A stretch of DNA of 47,066 nucleotides from Octopus bimaculoides (lineage: Eukaryota): the NCBI RefSeq assembly GCF_001194135.2, contig NC_068987.1:84168571-84215636 (forward strand). The letters are read 5' to 3'. The translations under genes and the position numbers were made by a program. A model generated the notes under the pieces. The model was not told the DNA's origin. It saw only the letters and a list, made by a program, of their open reading frames with translations, and searched no databases. Below are positions 24,813 to 38,622 of the stretch, one piece after another (position 1 is the stretch's first letter; every line of letters starts with the position of its first letter).

Positions 24813-27800
24813 GTAAGCTCGCCACCTTACGCCTGTGTGCTCATATTGGCGAATGATATAAAACAGAACATAGTTAGGTAGAGAAATATTACTAGTGGTT
24901 GCTAGTTCCATGTCAACCCGGGTTCAGGACACTTCTGGCCAAAGTCAGTCCAGGTGTGCCCATTATATTTTAAGTTAGGTCGATACTATCCAGAGCTTCC
25001 TTCTTTCGAAGCAGTAGAATGAAATTAAAAGGATATTTCGCTGTTGTTTCTAATAGTTCGAGTTACAGCAGCGGGTCTTTATTCCTCCTCCAAAGAGATT
25101 TGGCTACTAGTGACCTCTACATGTTCAGTCATTGGTATACTGCCACTAATGTTCGGTTAGTGCAGTCCGTGTCAAGCACTAGCCAAATATATCTATAGTA
25201 AGGAGACATTCCTATGTTGACCATCCCAACATATTCTTTATCTCTCATATATAATCTCTCTCAGATCCCATCCTCTACGATTTCTTTCCCTAAGGATCAT
25301 ATTTGAAGGAGATTTGACTGTTATGTCTAGTACATCTAGTAACCATACAGAACTTCCACATTATGGTTTCCATTGTAATTATCGTTTCTATTTGAGGAGA
25401 GACTCATAGCAGACAATTATTTCTGCTTCTGAATCATTAAAATCTTTCTGAATATTATCTAAAGGGAAGCATCATGTGACTTTCAGTTATAGGAGAATAT
25501 TTTCAATTATGTTATCTATTTTTGTTAGATTTTTACAGAAAATGCACTCTCTGAGTATCGCATTTGGATTCTTCCCTATATATCACCCACTTAATTATAA
25601 ATCGACAAAATATTGGCACTTTCTCACTAATTCTTGTTAATAAATAACTATAATGACAAAATCGAAAGGAGATATACTTCCGAAATTTAAATTAAATAAA
25701 AATATATTAAAAATAGAACAGAATTGGGCGTGAGTTTGATAATTAATATCCATGTATATTTCAGTGATGTTAGTTCTCAACAACATTATTACAGTTCTTA
25801 GGAAATTAGAGAAGTTTACAGGATGTTTAATGGCCACCAAGTAGTTTTATACCTTAAAATAAACTTTACCCATGGCGATATGGAATCAACTTATAATTTT
25901 ATGTTACAGACGATTATTGAATTTACCTACATAAAAACACAATTTTTTTTATAAAAGAAATGGGGAATTTTTTTTCGTTTTTTTTTTTTTGTTACACTAT
26001 GCATGGTTAGTTCTTTAATTCACCAACCTGCATTACTGAAAGAAACAGTTTTCTCCGTTGGGATTTGAGCACTTTAGTTTGCGGTATTGAATTCCATTCA
26101 AGTGAATTCCCAGTCGTTCATTCTGCTGTTTCGGGAATGTCACCGACACACTACATGTAAACTATGCTTAATAACAATTCCGGATAACATGATATTATAA
26201 CATCATATTATACGGCTATCACAACCCAGTTGAAACGTCATCGATCATTTATTCAGCTTTATTATGAACTTCGCTAAAAAATTATCAATACTAATAAAAT
26301 TATCAAGAAAACAACAACAACAATACGAAAATTAATGTTAAAAAATAATACCAATAACATTAATATTAATAGTACCACTACTAGTAATAATAATTATAAA
26401 ATATTAATCGTTCTGATATTTTTGATAAGGGTAACAATATTAATAATAAGATTATCAATAACAATAATAATTTTGAAATCAAAATTTGTAGCCAATATTT
26501 GCTTAATTAGAGTTTAATGAGTAATTTATTGCTGACTTCACATTTACTTCTCGTAAAATAGTAATATTTACAACATAAATGTTGTAACTATTAGTATTAG
26601 TATCGAAGTCTAGTTCACATTTCCAAGTATGACACATGAGGTGTTCAGCGCTTTATCCTTTGCACGACAGTGAAACAAAGAATGAAAGAGCAAGATTCGA
26701 AAATAGCATTAATACGAGTTGATAATTAAGCACACACTCTCTAACACGCATTTACATACACATACAAGCATTTACACACAATCCTCAGAAAGAAAAGTTG
26801 AAAATGATAACCAATAGCACATTTGTCTTTCGTGCATGCAAATATACATTATTTATCTCATTTCGTCTACTTTTATTAGCTCCAAAATATTTCCTACTTA
26901 GCGGTATGCAAATATTTACATTAAGCAAATTGTATATGAATGTATTATTGTAACATAAATATAGTGGTCACGGAGAAGAACAAAAGTAGACACACACAAA
27001 CGCCAACACAAAATAAAACGAAACGTTGTAGCGTCTGCAGAAAATTTTAATGCTTTTAGCGGTTCGTACAGGACTTCCTACTGCTGGCGCCCTAAATATC
27101 AAAGCCGAAGTTAGTTAATACCAATGAGTTTTTGATTCTACTAAGGAAATATAATAAAGAGGACTTTGATTAAATCCCTAGGCGGATCTTAATATGACTG
27201 AAGCCATTCCATTCTGAATTAACGTCACTACCATCCAATTTCATCACATACACATTGATTCTTTATTCTCTTCAAAGCTCTTTATTAGTGATGTCAAGCA
27301 ACGGCTTTTGACTTTGTTCAAACAATCAGAACAAATAGCAAAAAGCTTAGTCTGTTTGACTAGAGCTCTGTAACTAATGGATTATCCCTGTAACTAGCAT
27401 ATGCATCAGACTGATATCTAAGCCTGATGTTTCTAAACACATCTTACAGAAATAATTTGATATTGCATTTATTATTCAGTTTTCTTTTCTATTTCCGATA
27501 TACACATTTGATCTGCCAATAATTTTTTCTATACTTTTTTCTCTCTCTCCTCACTTTAAAGTGATAGAGAGAAAATTCACATATAATAACGATTTTTCTA
27601 GTTTTTCCTATGATATTTTTATTATATATGTGTTTGTTTCTATTGGTTTCCTATCTTATTCAACACTTTCGTTGGTCATTATTTAGTTATTTAAAGTTTA
27701 CTTTATATTTGATAAATATTTACTTAAAAATGAAATACAAGAAAACCACTACAAAGAGTTAGTATAGGAAAGGAAAAAAAATACAACATCATGATATCAA

Positions 27801-28459
27801 TAACGAAAGTACTATAAATACTAGAACTTTCTCAAGTAGAAACATAGAAAAAAAAGTAACGACAAAATATAAATAAAAACACAAACATATAAACAAACAG
27901 ATTGGCTTATCCGATTGATATCCGGTTTTCTGGAATCAAGTAACTATTGATGTTTGGAAATAAGTGTAAGGGTTACAAAATAAACGTAATTTGTCATATA
28001 GACTTATTTCTGGCCGCACATTAATTCCATATTAAAGTTCAAATAAATGCCATTTGGCTAAAACATCGACAAACTTCACCAATTGCTGGAGTGTATAGTT
28101 TGTGTTCGATTTCCAAACGCATTTCATGAAACGTAACAAGATAAAATAGATTTTAATCATAAATTTCATCGTTGGTTTCACATAAAATATATGCAAATGT
28201 AATGATCAGACAACAAAGCCATGATTTATTAGATACAAGAACCAAATACTGCTGAGATAACATTACTATTTTGCACAACGAAGAAATATTGTATAATGAT
28301 GGTTATAGTTATGTTATGACTTAAAAAGATGGGACGTTGATGAAAGATTTGATCATAGATAACACGCTGTTAACAAACACAGTAATAACAACGCGACTGA
28401 AGACTTTGCATTTATTAAATGTTCATATATGTGCGTGCCTGTGTATATATATATATATA

Positions 28460-28511
<52 letters not shown>

Positions 28512-28572
28512 TGTGAATGTGTGTGTGCATGTATGTGTGCGTGTGTAAAAATGTATATGTATGTGTATATAC

Positions 28573-28821
28573 GTGGAGCCACATGGCTTAGTGGTTAGGG
28601 TGTCAGCATAACGGTCGTAATATTGTTGTTTCGATTCCTGGACCGGGTGACGCGTTGTGTTCTTGAGCAAAACACTTCATTTCCCGTTGCTGCAGTCCAC
28701 TCAGCTGGCAAAAATGAGTGACGCTGCGATGGACAGGCGTCCTGTCCAGCTGGGGAACACATACGCCATTGAAACCGGGACACCGGGCCCATGAGCTTGG
28801 CTAGGCTTTAAAAGGGCGCAT
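28573..28821 (+). mobile_element. Full-length tRNA-derived SINE family C
   Basis: A-box tggcttagtggtt, B-box gtttcgattcc, central ttgagcaaaacacttcatttc...ccactcagctggcaaaaatgagt, then ctgcgatggac...gaaaccggg. Confidence 0.9.
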
Positions 28822-29259
28822 TTATATATATTTTTTATTATATGTGTATATACGGCTATATACATACATATACATATATACAAAGTCAAATATATGTATA
28901 TACATATCGTTTAGAAGGAAAAAGTTAATAGTGAGTTCGAATATTCCTCTTGCCCTCTCTCATCAGACTTCGTTTACTTTTTTGGGAAGGTGGAGCTTTT
29001 ATAAAAGAGAACTATGTGTGGTATAGTGAGACCGGAGCAATACTTGTGTAGGCTGCAAGCGGAAGGTTTTGAAAACGGATAGTAAGTAAGTAAGAATTTG
29101 TCAGGTAGCCGCTGACAGAAAGTTATGGTGAGAAGATATATTTTGGCTCCATGTGGAAACTGTGATTTTATACATAATTTAAAATAAATATGAACAATAA
29201 CATACTTACAAATAGATACACACATATGCATGTGAATATGTGCACGAACATATATCTAT

Positions 29260-29460
29260 ATTCTTTTACTTGTTTCAGTTATTTGAATGCGGCCATTCTC
29301 GAGCACCGCCTTTAGTCGAACATATTGTCTCCAGGACATATTCTTTGTAAGCCTAATACTTATTCTATCGATCTGATAAGGCAGAACCGCTCAGTTTCGG
29401 AGATGTCAACACACCAACATCAGTTGGCAAGCGGTGGCGGGCGGACAAACAGACACACAT
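29260..29460 (-). mobile_element. SINE family B, 3' half
   Basis: Homologous to 6895-7095. Confidence 0.88.
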
Positions 29461-29489
29461 ACACACATAGATATTAACATATACATAAG

Positions 29490-29522
<33 letters not shown>

Positions 29523-29674
29523 GCATGTGTGTATATGTATATATATATATATAAATATATAATATATATACCTTTATATATACGTATAATATATATATAT
29601 AAATATTGTTGTTATTATGCTAAACTGTCGTATTTCAAATGCGTTCTTTTGATATAGCGAGCAGCGTGGCCAGC

Positions 29675-29715
<41 letters not shown>

Positions 29716-30180
29716 NNNNNNNNNNNNNNNNNNNNNNNNNNNNNNNNNNNNNNNNNNNNNNNNNNNNNNNNNNNNNNNNNNNNNNNNNNNNNNNNNNNNN
29801 NNNNNNNNNNNNNNNNNNNNNNNNNNNNNNNNNNNNNNNNNNNNNNNNNNNNNNNNNNNNNNNNNNNNNNNNNNNNNNNNNNNNNNNNNNNNNNNNNNNN
29901 NNNNNNNNNNNNNNNNNNNNNNNNNNNNNNNNNNNNNNNNNNNNNNNNNNNNNNNNNNNNNNNNNNNNNNNNCACACACACACACACATATATATATATA
30001 TGTATGTATGTATATATATGCGTATAGCTATATCTATCTATCTATCTGAATGTTTATATACATGTGTGTGTGTGAGAGAGAGAGAGAGTCTCTGAGTGAA
30101 TGTACACGTGTGTGTAGTTACATTTTAAAATGACCGGAAGGGGATGGATAACAAAAAAAAAAATGCTTTCTAAGACAATA

Positions 30181-30347
30181 TACTACGGGCTTCTATCAGT
30201 TCATATCTACTAAATCCAATCACAAGGACTTGATTCTCTCCGAGGCTACAGTTGAAGTCCCTTGCGCAAGATGGCATGCAGTCAGGCTGAACCCGGAACC
30301 ATGTGGTTGGGAAACAAGCTTCTTTCCTCATAGGAACGCCTGCGCCT
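30181..30347 (-). mobile_element. SINE family B, 5' half
   Basis: Homologous to 7145-7310; the head reads aggcgcaggcg on the minus strand. Confidence 0.85.
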
Positions 30348-30365
30348 ACACTTACACACACACAC

Positions 30366-30401
<36 letters not shown>

Positions 30402-30474
30402 ACACACACATGCACACACACACGCGCACATACACCCACACACACATACACAAATGTCTATGTATATGTACCTG

Positions 30475-30583
<109 letters not shown>

Positions 30584-31278
30584 ATACATAGGCAAGTATA
30601 TAAAAAGATAGACAGATAGACTGATATATATATATACATATATATATACATACATAAATTTTTAATTCCACATGAAATGAAATGATAAAAAATGGAATAT
30701 ATTCAATACAGGATTGAAATCTAATATCGACATGTCCGCTTCTAACACATTTTTTTTTTTGTTTCCTTTATTAGTTAGTAACTACTTCCAGTTGCAAATT
30801 ATAAGAATGCGTTGCCTTTCTTTGTTAAAGAATACTATAACGGAACAACTGAGCAACAGACAGTAATTATATATTTTCAAAGAATTGACAATTTTAGTAG
30901 TATGTAAATTAATGTTTTCGAACACAAAAAAGGCAAATAAAAATATATAATGAATGAATGAATGAATGAATGAAAAAAAAAGTAAACGCTATGGAAGGAA
31001 ATCGCCTACAACCGATATGTATACATTTTTGTTTCCTTGCTGATTTTGTAAGATGTAAATAATAGATCACACATTTAGGAGTGAACGGGGTATAGAAAGG
31101 TAATACTAAAATTCCATAAAGAATAAGTGTATATGCTTGTATGTATATGTTCCGCATTTGTCCATGCTTATATATGTGTGTGTATGTGTACACACACACA
31201 CACACATACACATGTGTATGTGTATATGTATACATCTTTCTATCTATCTCTTTATCTCTCTATCTATCTATCTATCTA

Positions 31279-31357
<79 letters not shown>

Positions 31358-31830
31358 NNNNNNNNNNNNNNNNNNNNNNNNNNNNNNNNNNNNNNNNNNN
31401 NNNNNNNNNNNNNNNNNNNNNNNNNNNNNNNNNNNNNNNNNNNNNNNNNNNNNNNNNNNNNNNNNNNNNNNNNNNNNNNNNNNNNNNNNNNNNNNNNNNN
31501 NNNNNNNNNNNNNNNNNNNNNNNNNNNNNNNNNNNNNNNNNNNNNNNNNNNNNNNNNNNNNNNNNNNNNNNNNNNNNNNNNNNNNNNNNNNNNNNNNNNN
31601 NNNNNNNNNNNNNNNNNNNNNNNNNNNNNNNNNNNNNNNNNNNNNNNNNNNNNNNNNNNNNNNNNNNNNNNNNNNNNNNNNNNNNNNNNNNNNNNNNNNN
31701 NNNNNNNNNNNNNNNNNNNNNNNNNNNNNNNNNNNNNNNNNNNNNNNNNNNNNNNNNNNNNNNNNNNNNNNNNNNNNNNNNNNNNNNNNNNNNNNNNNNN
31801 NNNNNNNNNNNNNNNNNNNNNNNNNNNNNG

Positions 31831-32020
31831 TTGCATTGTGTTTTTGAGCAAAGTTTTTCATTTCACTTTGCTCTGCGATCATTTCGATATCTCATATGTG
31901 CTACCTTTTGCACCGGTACAGGTGATGTCGGATTGATGGAGGTAGTGAACTTATGTGTACACAAACATTTGTTCCCTATAAACAGATCATCTGTGTGGTT
32001 GTTCGGTAAGAAACTCTCGA
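31831..32020 (+). mobile_element. SINE body fragment related to family C (head probably lost in the gap)
   Basis: cattgtgtttttgagcaaag...tttcatttcactttgct matches the post-tRNA module at about 28653-28691, followed by a different 3' region. Confidence 0.6.
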
Positions 32021-32030
32021 AAACTTAAAT

Positions 32031-32315
32031 ACAAAATGTGTCGTGTTGGTGGTGGTGTAAATGTCCTTTACTATGTCGTACGTAATGCATGCGCAAACAC
32101 ACACACACACACCCACACCCACACCCACACACACACACACACACACACACTCATAAAAATGTGTCGTCACGGAATAAAATGTCCTTTACTATCTTGTACA
32201 TAACGAACGCGCAAACTCACATACACTCACAGACACATACACACTCATATACAGAATGTGACGACGTCATCGTCGTCGTCGTGGTATAAAATGTCATTTA
32301 ATATAGTAGACGATA
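32031..32315. repeat. Imperfect minisatellite of about 100-120 bp, three units with embedded (CA)n
   Basis: aatgtg(t/a)cg...aaatgtc(c/a)ttta recurs near 32035, 32158 and 32255. Confidence 0.8.
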
Positions 32316-32555
32316 GAAAGATTATATTCGAGAAAATATTATATTGTCTGAATACAAATGAAAATACAAATTAGATGTTGATAGTTGCGGGTTGTAATAC
32401 GATAACCAGTGTAAAATTTGATTTGATTTGGTGGACCCGCTTGAGAATGCATATGAGACAGGTAGACAGACAGATAAAGAGAGACCTGATGATTGTATCA
32501 TTGTGACATCAACACACACACATATACATATGTATATATACATATATATACATAC

Positions 32556-32593
<38 letters not shown>

Positions 32594-32603
32594 NNNNNNN
32601 NNN

Positions 32604-32639
<36 letters not shown>

Positions 32640-32642
<3 letters not shown>

Positions 32643-33005
32643 AGAGAATTCACAAAACAACAAAAGTCGAAGACAGGTGGTGTAGAAACAAAGAGATGTA
32701 TTAGTATAACGCTCGGGAATATAGAATGTCTTTAGCGTTTCGAGCTTACGCTCTTAAATAAAAAGAAACACATAAAGAAACAAGGAGAGAAACAAGGAGA
32801 GAGAAAAGAATGTGTAGTGGCTAGCGATCTACCATGGCGAGTTGAAATTTATAGAAAAAGAAAAGACAAAGATAGGTGTATGAACAACAAGCAGGTGTAT
32901 TAGTTTGACGCTCGTGTAAGTGAGAAATTCTTTTGCATTTAGAGCTTATACTTTTCAACAGAAAGGAATGAGAGAATAAAAAAACACAGAGAATAAAAAA
33001 CGTGT
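32640..33005 (-). mobile_element. Tandem 200-bp unit resembling Penelope pseudo-LTRs, each with a degenerate hammerhead-like motif
   Basis: 32672-32714 aligns with 32871-32913; motifs at 32729-32766 and 32929-32965 are offset by exactly 200 bp. Confidence 0.65.
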
Positions 33006-33017
33006 GTATATACATAC

Positions 33018-33054
<37 letters not shown>

Positions 33055-33642
33055 NNNNNNNNNNNNNNNNNNNNNNNNNNNNNNNNNNNNNNNNNNNNNN
33101 NNNNNNNNNNNNNNNNNNNNNNNNNNNNNNNNNNACATACATACATACATACATACATACATACAAATACATATATATAAATGAAAAAGAACTCAAGTGT
33201 TTTCATATATACATGCATACACATACACATATATATATATATATATAGACACAGATACATAAATGCACACGCACATACACATACATACATGTATATATAT
33301 ATATATATTCATACATACATATATGTAATGTATATATACACACAGATACGCACATGTACACACACATACACACATACATGTATACATATATTCATACATA
33401 CATATATACATACACAAACATACATATATATATCTATACACACGCACATACATATTTATACATACATATTTGCTATGTGCATATGTGTGAACGCATGTGT
33501 GAATGCGTGAGTCATATGATATATTCATTTATGCGAATGGTGTGTAAGAATGTAGTCCGATATATCGATTTTATATGATTCTTCCCTCCATGCTTATAAC
33601 AGGCAAAATATTACGTTTGTGTATACATATATAAGTATTTAT

Positions 33643-33835
33643 ATGTACAAGGCCAGCAAATTCAGGCGAGTGATAAGACAATTACATCGAACCCAGTATT
33701 CATCTGGTACTAATTTGTCGGCAACGGAAGGATAAACGGTATAGCTGACATCGACGGAATTTGAACTCAAAACGTAAAGAAGAACGAAAAGCCACTAATC
33801 ACTTTCCCTGGCATGCTAGAAAATCTACTGACATG
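33643..33835 (-). mobile_element. Diverged SINE family A, tail variant 2
   Basis: acaaggccagcaaattc...ggaatttgaactcaaaacgtaaag is the reverse complement of the family A body and B-box. Confidence 0.8.
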
Positions 33836-33989
33836 ACTAAGAAAAAAAAATTGTACATACGATCGAGAAGGTGAATGACAATGACCTTTTTTTTTGTGTT
33901 CAGTTTGTTCCTTTCTTTTGCTGGGCTCAAATCTCATTTGCGAACCCATGGGAAACGAGCCTCCACCATCTATTTTGCCTATATGTCTG

Positions 33990-34256
33990 TGCATACCTTT
34001 GAATGTAATGTATGCCAGAAGGTCTGAAAATCTAACAGAGGCCTCAAAAGACATTTTAAGATCCAGAAAGATCAGAAATTATCTGCAGCTCTTGGTGGTC
34101 CAAATCGGATGTGCAATCTATGTGGGTGTCCCTTCAGAATATTTGTCTGGGTTAAAAAGCCACATCAGATGCCATGGTGGTTCTCAGGTGTAGGTACAGG
34201 AGGTGGTCAAACTCTGCATAGGGAGTACACAACCCCCATATATATATATATATATT
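33990..34256 (+). mobile_element. Probable RTE-type LINE 3' end with two degenerate C2H2 fingers and a (TA)n tail
   Basis: From 33998 reads FECNVCQKV*KSNRGLKRHFKIQ...MCNLCGCPF, then frameshifted SGLKSHIRCH (to 34175), a short UTR and (TA)n. Confidence 0.6.
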
Positions 34257-34332
34257 AAATGATTTGGTTTTAGAGTCAAGTTTTGGCTGCTCTATCTAGC
34301 ATGGTGGTATTTTTATTAGATACCCTTAATTA

Positions 34333-34363
<31 letters not shown>

Positions 34364-34554
34364 NNNNNNNNNNNNNNNNNNNNNNNNNNNNNNNNNNNNN
34401 NNNNNNNNNNNNNNNNNNNNNNNNNNNNNNNNNNNNNNNNNNNNNNNNNNNNNNNNNNNNNNNNNNNNNNNNNNNNNNNNNNNNNNNNNNNNNNNNNNNN
34501 NNNNNNNNNTATATACATATATATTTATAATTATATATGGTATATCATTGTCCA

Positions 34555-35175
34555 TTTGTGGGCATGCGTCCTCAGCCGTTTTAATAATTACTTCCAGGTA
34601 TGGTCACCACACAATATGAAATTAACGACGGACCTCGAAGCAATCGAACGAAGCTATACCAAGAAAATCATCTCAATGCAACGTAGCGGCTACTGGGAAA
34701 GATTAAAAGTGTTAACACTATTCTCTCTAGGAAGAAGGACAGAAAGGTATGCAGTGATATACATCTGAAAAATCTTGGAAGGCTTTGTACCAAACACTGG
34801 CATTGAAAGTTACACAAGCAGCAGAACGAGGCACCACTGCATAGATTCCAGCATCGTCATCATCATCAAAATACAGGACCAAACACTGCAAAAGCTTGGA
34901 TTTCAAGCGTCTGTAGCTCTTTAATATCCTGCCAAAATTCCTGAGAGACCTGCATGGTGTGGATGTAGGAGCCTTCAAAACAAAATTGGATGTCAAGGGT
35001 TCCAAATGATCCTACCACTTGGATGGAAACACAGATGGAAACACAGATGGAAGGACAACAGTGTCAAAGTCTGTCGTTCACCAAATGCCACATAGCAGAG
35101 GAGGTTTCAAACAATGGTGTAGTACAGCCACCTGCGTTGCCTCAGAATGACCGAACTTTAAAGCTAAAACAATTT
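34555..35175 (+). mobile_element. CR1-clade LINE 3' remnant
   Basis: VWSPHNMKLTTDLEAIERSYTKKI...YWERLKVLTLFSLGRRTERYAVIYI*KILEGFVPN...LFNILPKFLRDLHGVDVGAFKTKLD; canonical CR1 ORF2 C-terminus. Confidence 0.92.
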
Positions 35176-36069
35176 AAAGAGTTTAAGAAATATATATATA
35201 TATANNNNNNNNNNNNNNNNNNNNNNNNNNNNNNNNNNNNNNNNNNNNNNNNNNNNNNNNNNNNNNNNNNNNNNNNNNNNNNNNNNNNNNNNNNNNNNNN
35301 NNNNNNNNNNNNNNNNNNNNNNNNNNNNNNNNNNNNNNNNNNNNNNNNNNNNNNNNNNNNNNNNNNNNNNNNNNNNNNNNNNNNNNNNNNNNNNNNNNNN
35401 NNNNNNNNNNNNNNNNNNNNNNNNNNNNNNNNNNNNNNNNNNNNNNNNNNNNNNNNNNNNNNNNNNNNNNNNNNNNNNNNNNNNNNNNNNNNNNNNNNNN
35501 NNNNNNNNNNNNNNNNNNNNNNNNNNNNNNNNNNNNNNNNNNNNNNNNNNNNNNNNNNNNNNNNNNNNNNNNNNNNNNNNNNNNNNNNNNNNNNNNNNNN
35601 NNNNNNNNNNNNNNNNNNNNATATATATATATATATATATAAGCGCGTATACATACATGTGTCCATGTATGTGTGAATTTGTTGAAATTTCCAGGTCATG
35701 TACATCTACATAGTGATAGCAACTCGAACGAACAGTCGTAATCAGGTTTTGGTTGTAAAGTTATGTATTGCACTTTATACAAACTCCCCTTTCTCGCAGA
35801 AGTTGTTTAGTTTCTTCCAAACGTTCCCTCGCATATTTATATTTTCTGTAACATACAGCTATTTCAATACACATGGACACAAATCGTATTGCACTATTCC
35901 TGAAACATAGGGAACACAATTATTGGCATATATAAAGCGATACGAAAATTTGACATGTATATAGAAAAAGTACACACTCAGGTACACACACATACACCTA
36001 AACACAAACACACAGACACATACACACACCAACATATACAGATAAAGCATGCATAAAAATTACTTTTTG

Positions 36070-37558
36070 TGTATATATATTCACATACATCGTATAACTA
36101 CATATTGAAGTTCATGTGCGTGTATGTAATGCATACATACACACATACATGCACATATACATACATATATATACATATAAACATTTGTATATATGCCTCT
36201 TATATACTTATGCATAGACATATGTATGTGCGTGTGTGTGCGTGCGTGTGTGCATATAAAAATACAGGTATAAACATTCAAATATACATACATGTATATA
36301 AAGGTATTTATATTTATATTTAAATATATATTCACACATGCATATACTTGCTCACATTTACATATACATATAAATATTTACATACACATATGTGTGTATA
36401 TGTATGTACACGCACATACGCACACACACGCACACACACGCACACACACGCACACACACGCACACACACACGCACCGCACACACAAACACGAATATATAT
36501 ATATATATAAACATATGTACGGACACATGCATACACACACGCACACACATACGCACGCAAATACAAACTCACACATACACATTTATGCACGTGCATCGTT
36601 ATGTTGGCGTCAAGAGCCATTTTGAAATTGACGAGCTGGGATGTTTGTAATAATGGGAGGAGAATATAGAGTGTAGATCGATAGAATAACAGAATTTTCA
36701 AAAGATATTGTTGAGCAGAAATACATATGAACAATTTCGTTTGATTTATGACATCACGAATGCATTTGATTTAGCCAAAAAAATGTCCACCCCAGATTTC
36801 ATTCTGAAAGATGGTGTAAATTTGTGAAGCAGCTAATCAATAAAGTTTACCGAAAAGAAATAATTATGGAATATAGAGCTTTATCGATGGAATAAATTGC
36901 AAAAATTTATTTCTGATGTTTGAAAAGATAAAGAAGACTTATGATGCTTACTAAATACAGCGAGATAAATATTTAAAACAACCATAAAATATTTTTTTTT
37001 CACATTTCCATCATTTATATGAACGAAATATATTAAACGTTTTTGGCTTATTTTTGGCAAGGATAGCTGTTAAGTGTGTGCCTGTGTGTGTGTAGTATAG
37101 TATGTATGCATGTATGTATGTATGTAGGTATGTATGTGTGTATGTATGTATGTATGTATGTGTGTATATATGTAGGTATGTACGTATGTATGTATGTATA
37201 TATGTATGTATGTGTATATATGCATATATGTATATATATATACATATGTACATATATATATATATTTATATATATATATACGTATATATATATATATATA
37301 TATATACATATGTACATATATATATATATTTATATATATATATACGTATATATATATATATATATATATGTAAACACACACACACACACACAAACACGCA
37401 CACGCACGCACACACAAATATACATACATATGTGTGTGTGTGTGTGTATGCATGTTTGTAAGTTACAATAATATACAAGGACATTTTCGTATGTATGAAT
37501 ATATATTCATATATATATAAATGTATATATATGCTTATGTGTATATGTACACACACAC

Positions 37559-37618
<60 letters not shown>
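36070..37618. repeat. Long compound TA/CA/TGTA microsatellite field (with a unique insert at about 36600-37075)
   Basis: Directly visible; source of many spurious ORFs. Confidence 0.9.
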
Positions 37619-38588
37619 NNNNNNNNNNNNNNNNNNNNNNNNNNNNNNNNNNNNNNNNNNNNNNNNNNNNNNNNNNNNNNNNNNNNNNNNNNNNNNNNNN
37701 NNNNNNNNNNNNNNNNNNNNNNNNNNNNNNNNNNNNNNNNNNNNNNNNNNNNNNNNNNNNNNNNNNNNNNNNNNNNNNNNNNNNNNNNNNNNNNNNNNNN
37801 NNNNNNNNNNNNNNNNNNNNNNNNNNNNNNNNNNNNNNNNNNNNNNNNNNNNNNNNNNNNNNNNNNNNNNNNNNNNNNNNNNNNNNNNNNNNNNNNNNNN
37901 NNNNNNNNNNNNNNNNNNNNNNNNNNNNNNNNNNNNNNNNNNNNNNNNNNNNNNNNNNNNNNNNNNNNNNNNNNNNNNNNNNNNNNNNNNNNNNNNNNNN
38001 NNNNNNNNNNNNNNNNNNNNNNNNNNNNNNNNNNNNNNNNNNNNNNNNNNNNNNNNNNNNNNNNNNNNNNNNNNNNNNNNNNNNNNNNNNNNNNNNNNNN
38101 NNNNNNNNNNNNNNNNNNNNNNNNNNNNNNNNNNNNNNNNNNNNNNNNNNNNNNNNNNNNNNNNNNNNNNNNNNNNNNNNNNNNNNNNNNNNNNNNNNNN
38201 NNNNNNNNNNNNNNNNNNNNNNNNNNNNNNNNNNNNNNNNNNNNNNNNNNNNNNNNNNNNNNNNNNNNNNNNNNNNNNNNNNNNNNNNNNNNNNNNNNNN
38301 NNNNNNNNNNNNNNNNNNNNNNNNNNNNNNNNNNNNNNNNNNNNNNNNNNNNNNNNNNNNNNNNNNNNNNNNNNNNNNNNNNNNNNNNNNNNNNNNNNNN
38401 NNNNNNNNNNNNNNNNNNNNNNNNNNNNNNNNNNNNNNNNNNNNNNNNNNNNNNNNNNNNNNNNNNNNNNNNNNNNNNNNNNNNNNNNNNNNNNNNNNNN
38501 NNNNNNNNNNNNNNNNNNNNNNNNNNNNNNNNNNNNNNNNNNNNNNNNNNNNNNNNNNNNNNNNNNNNNNNNNNNNNNNNNNNNNNNN

Positions 38589-38622
<34 letters not shown>

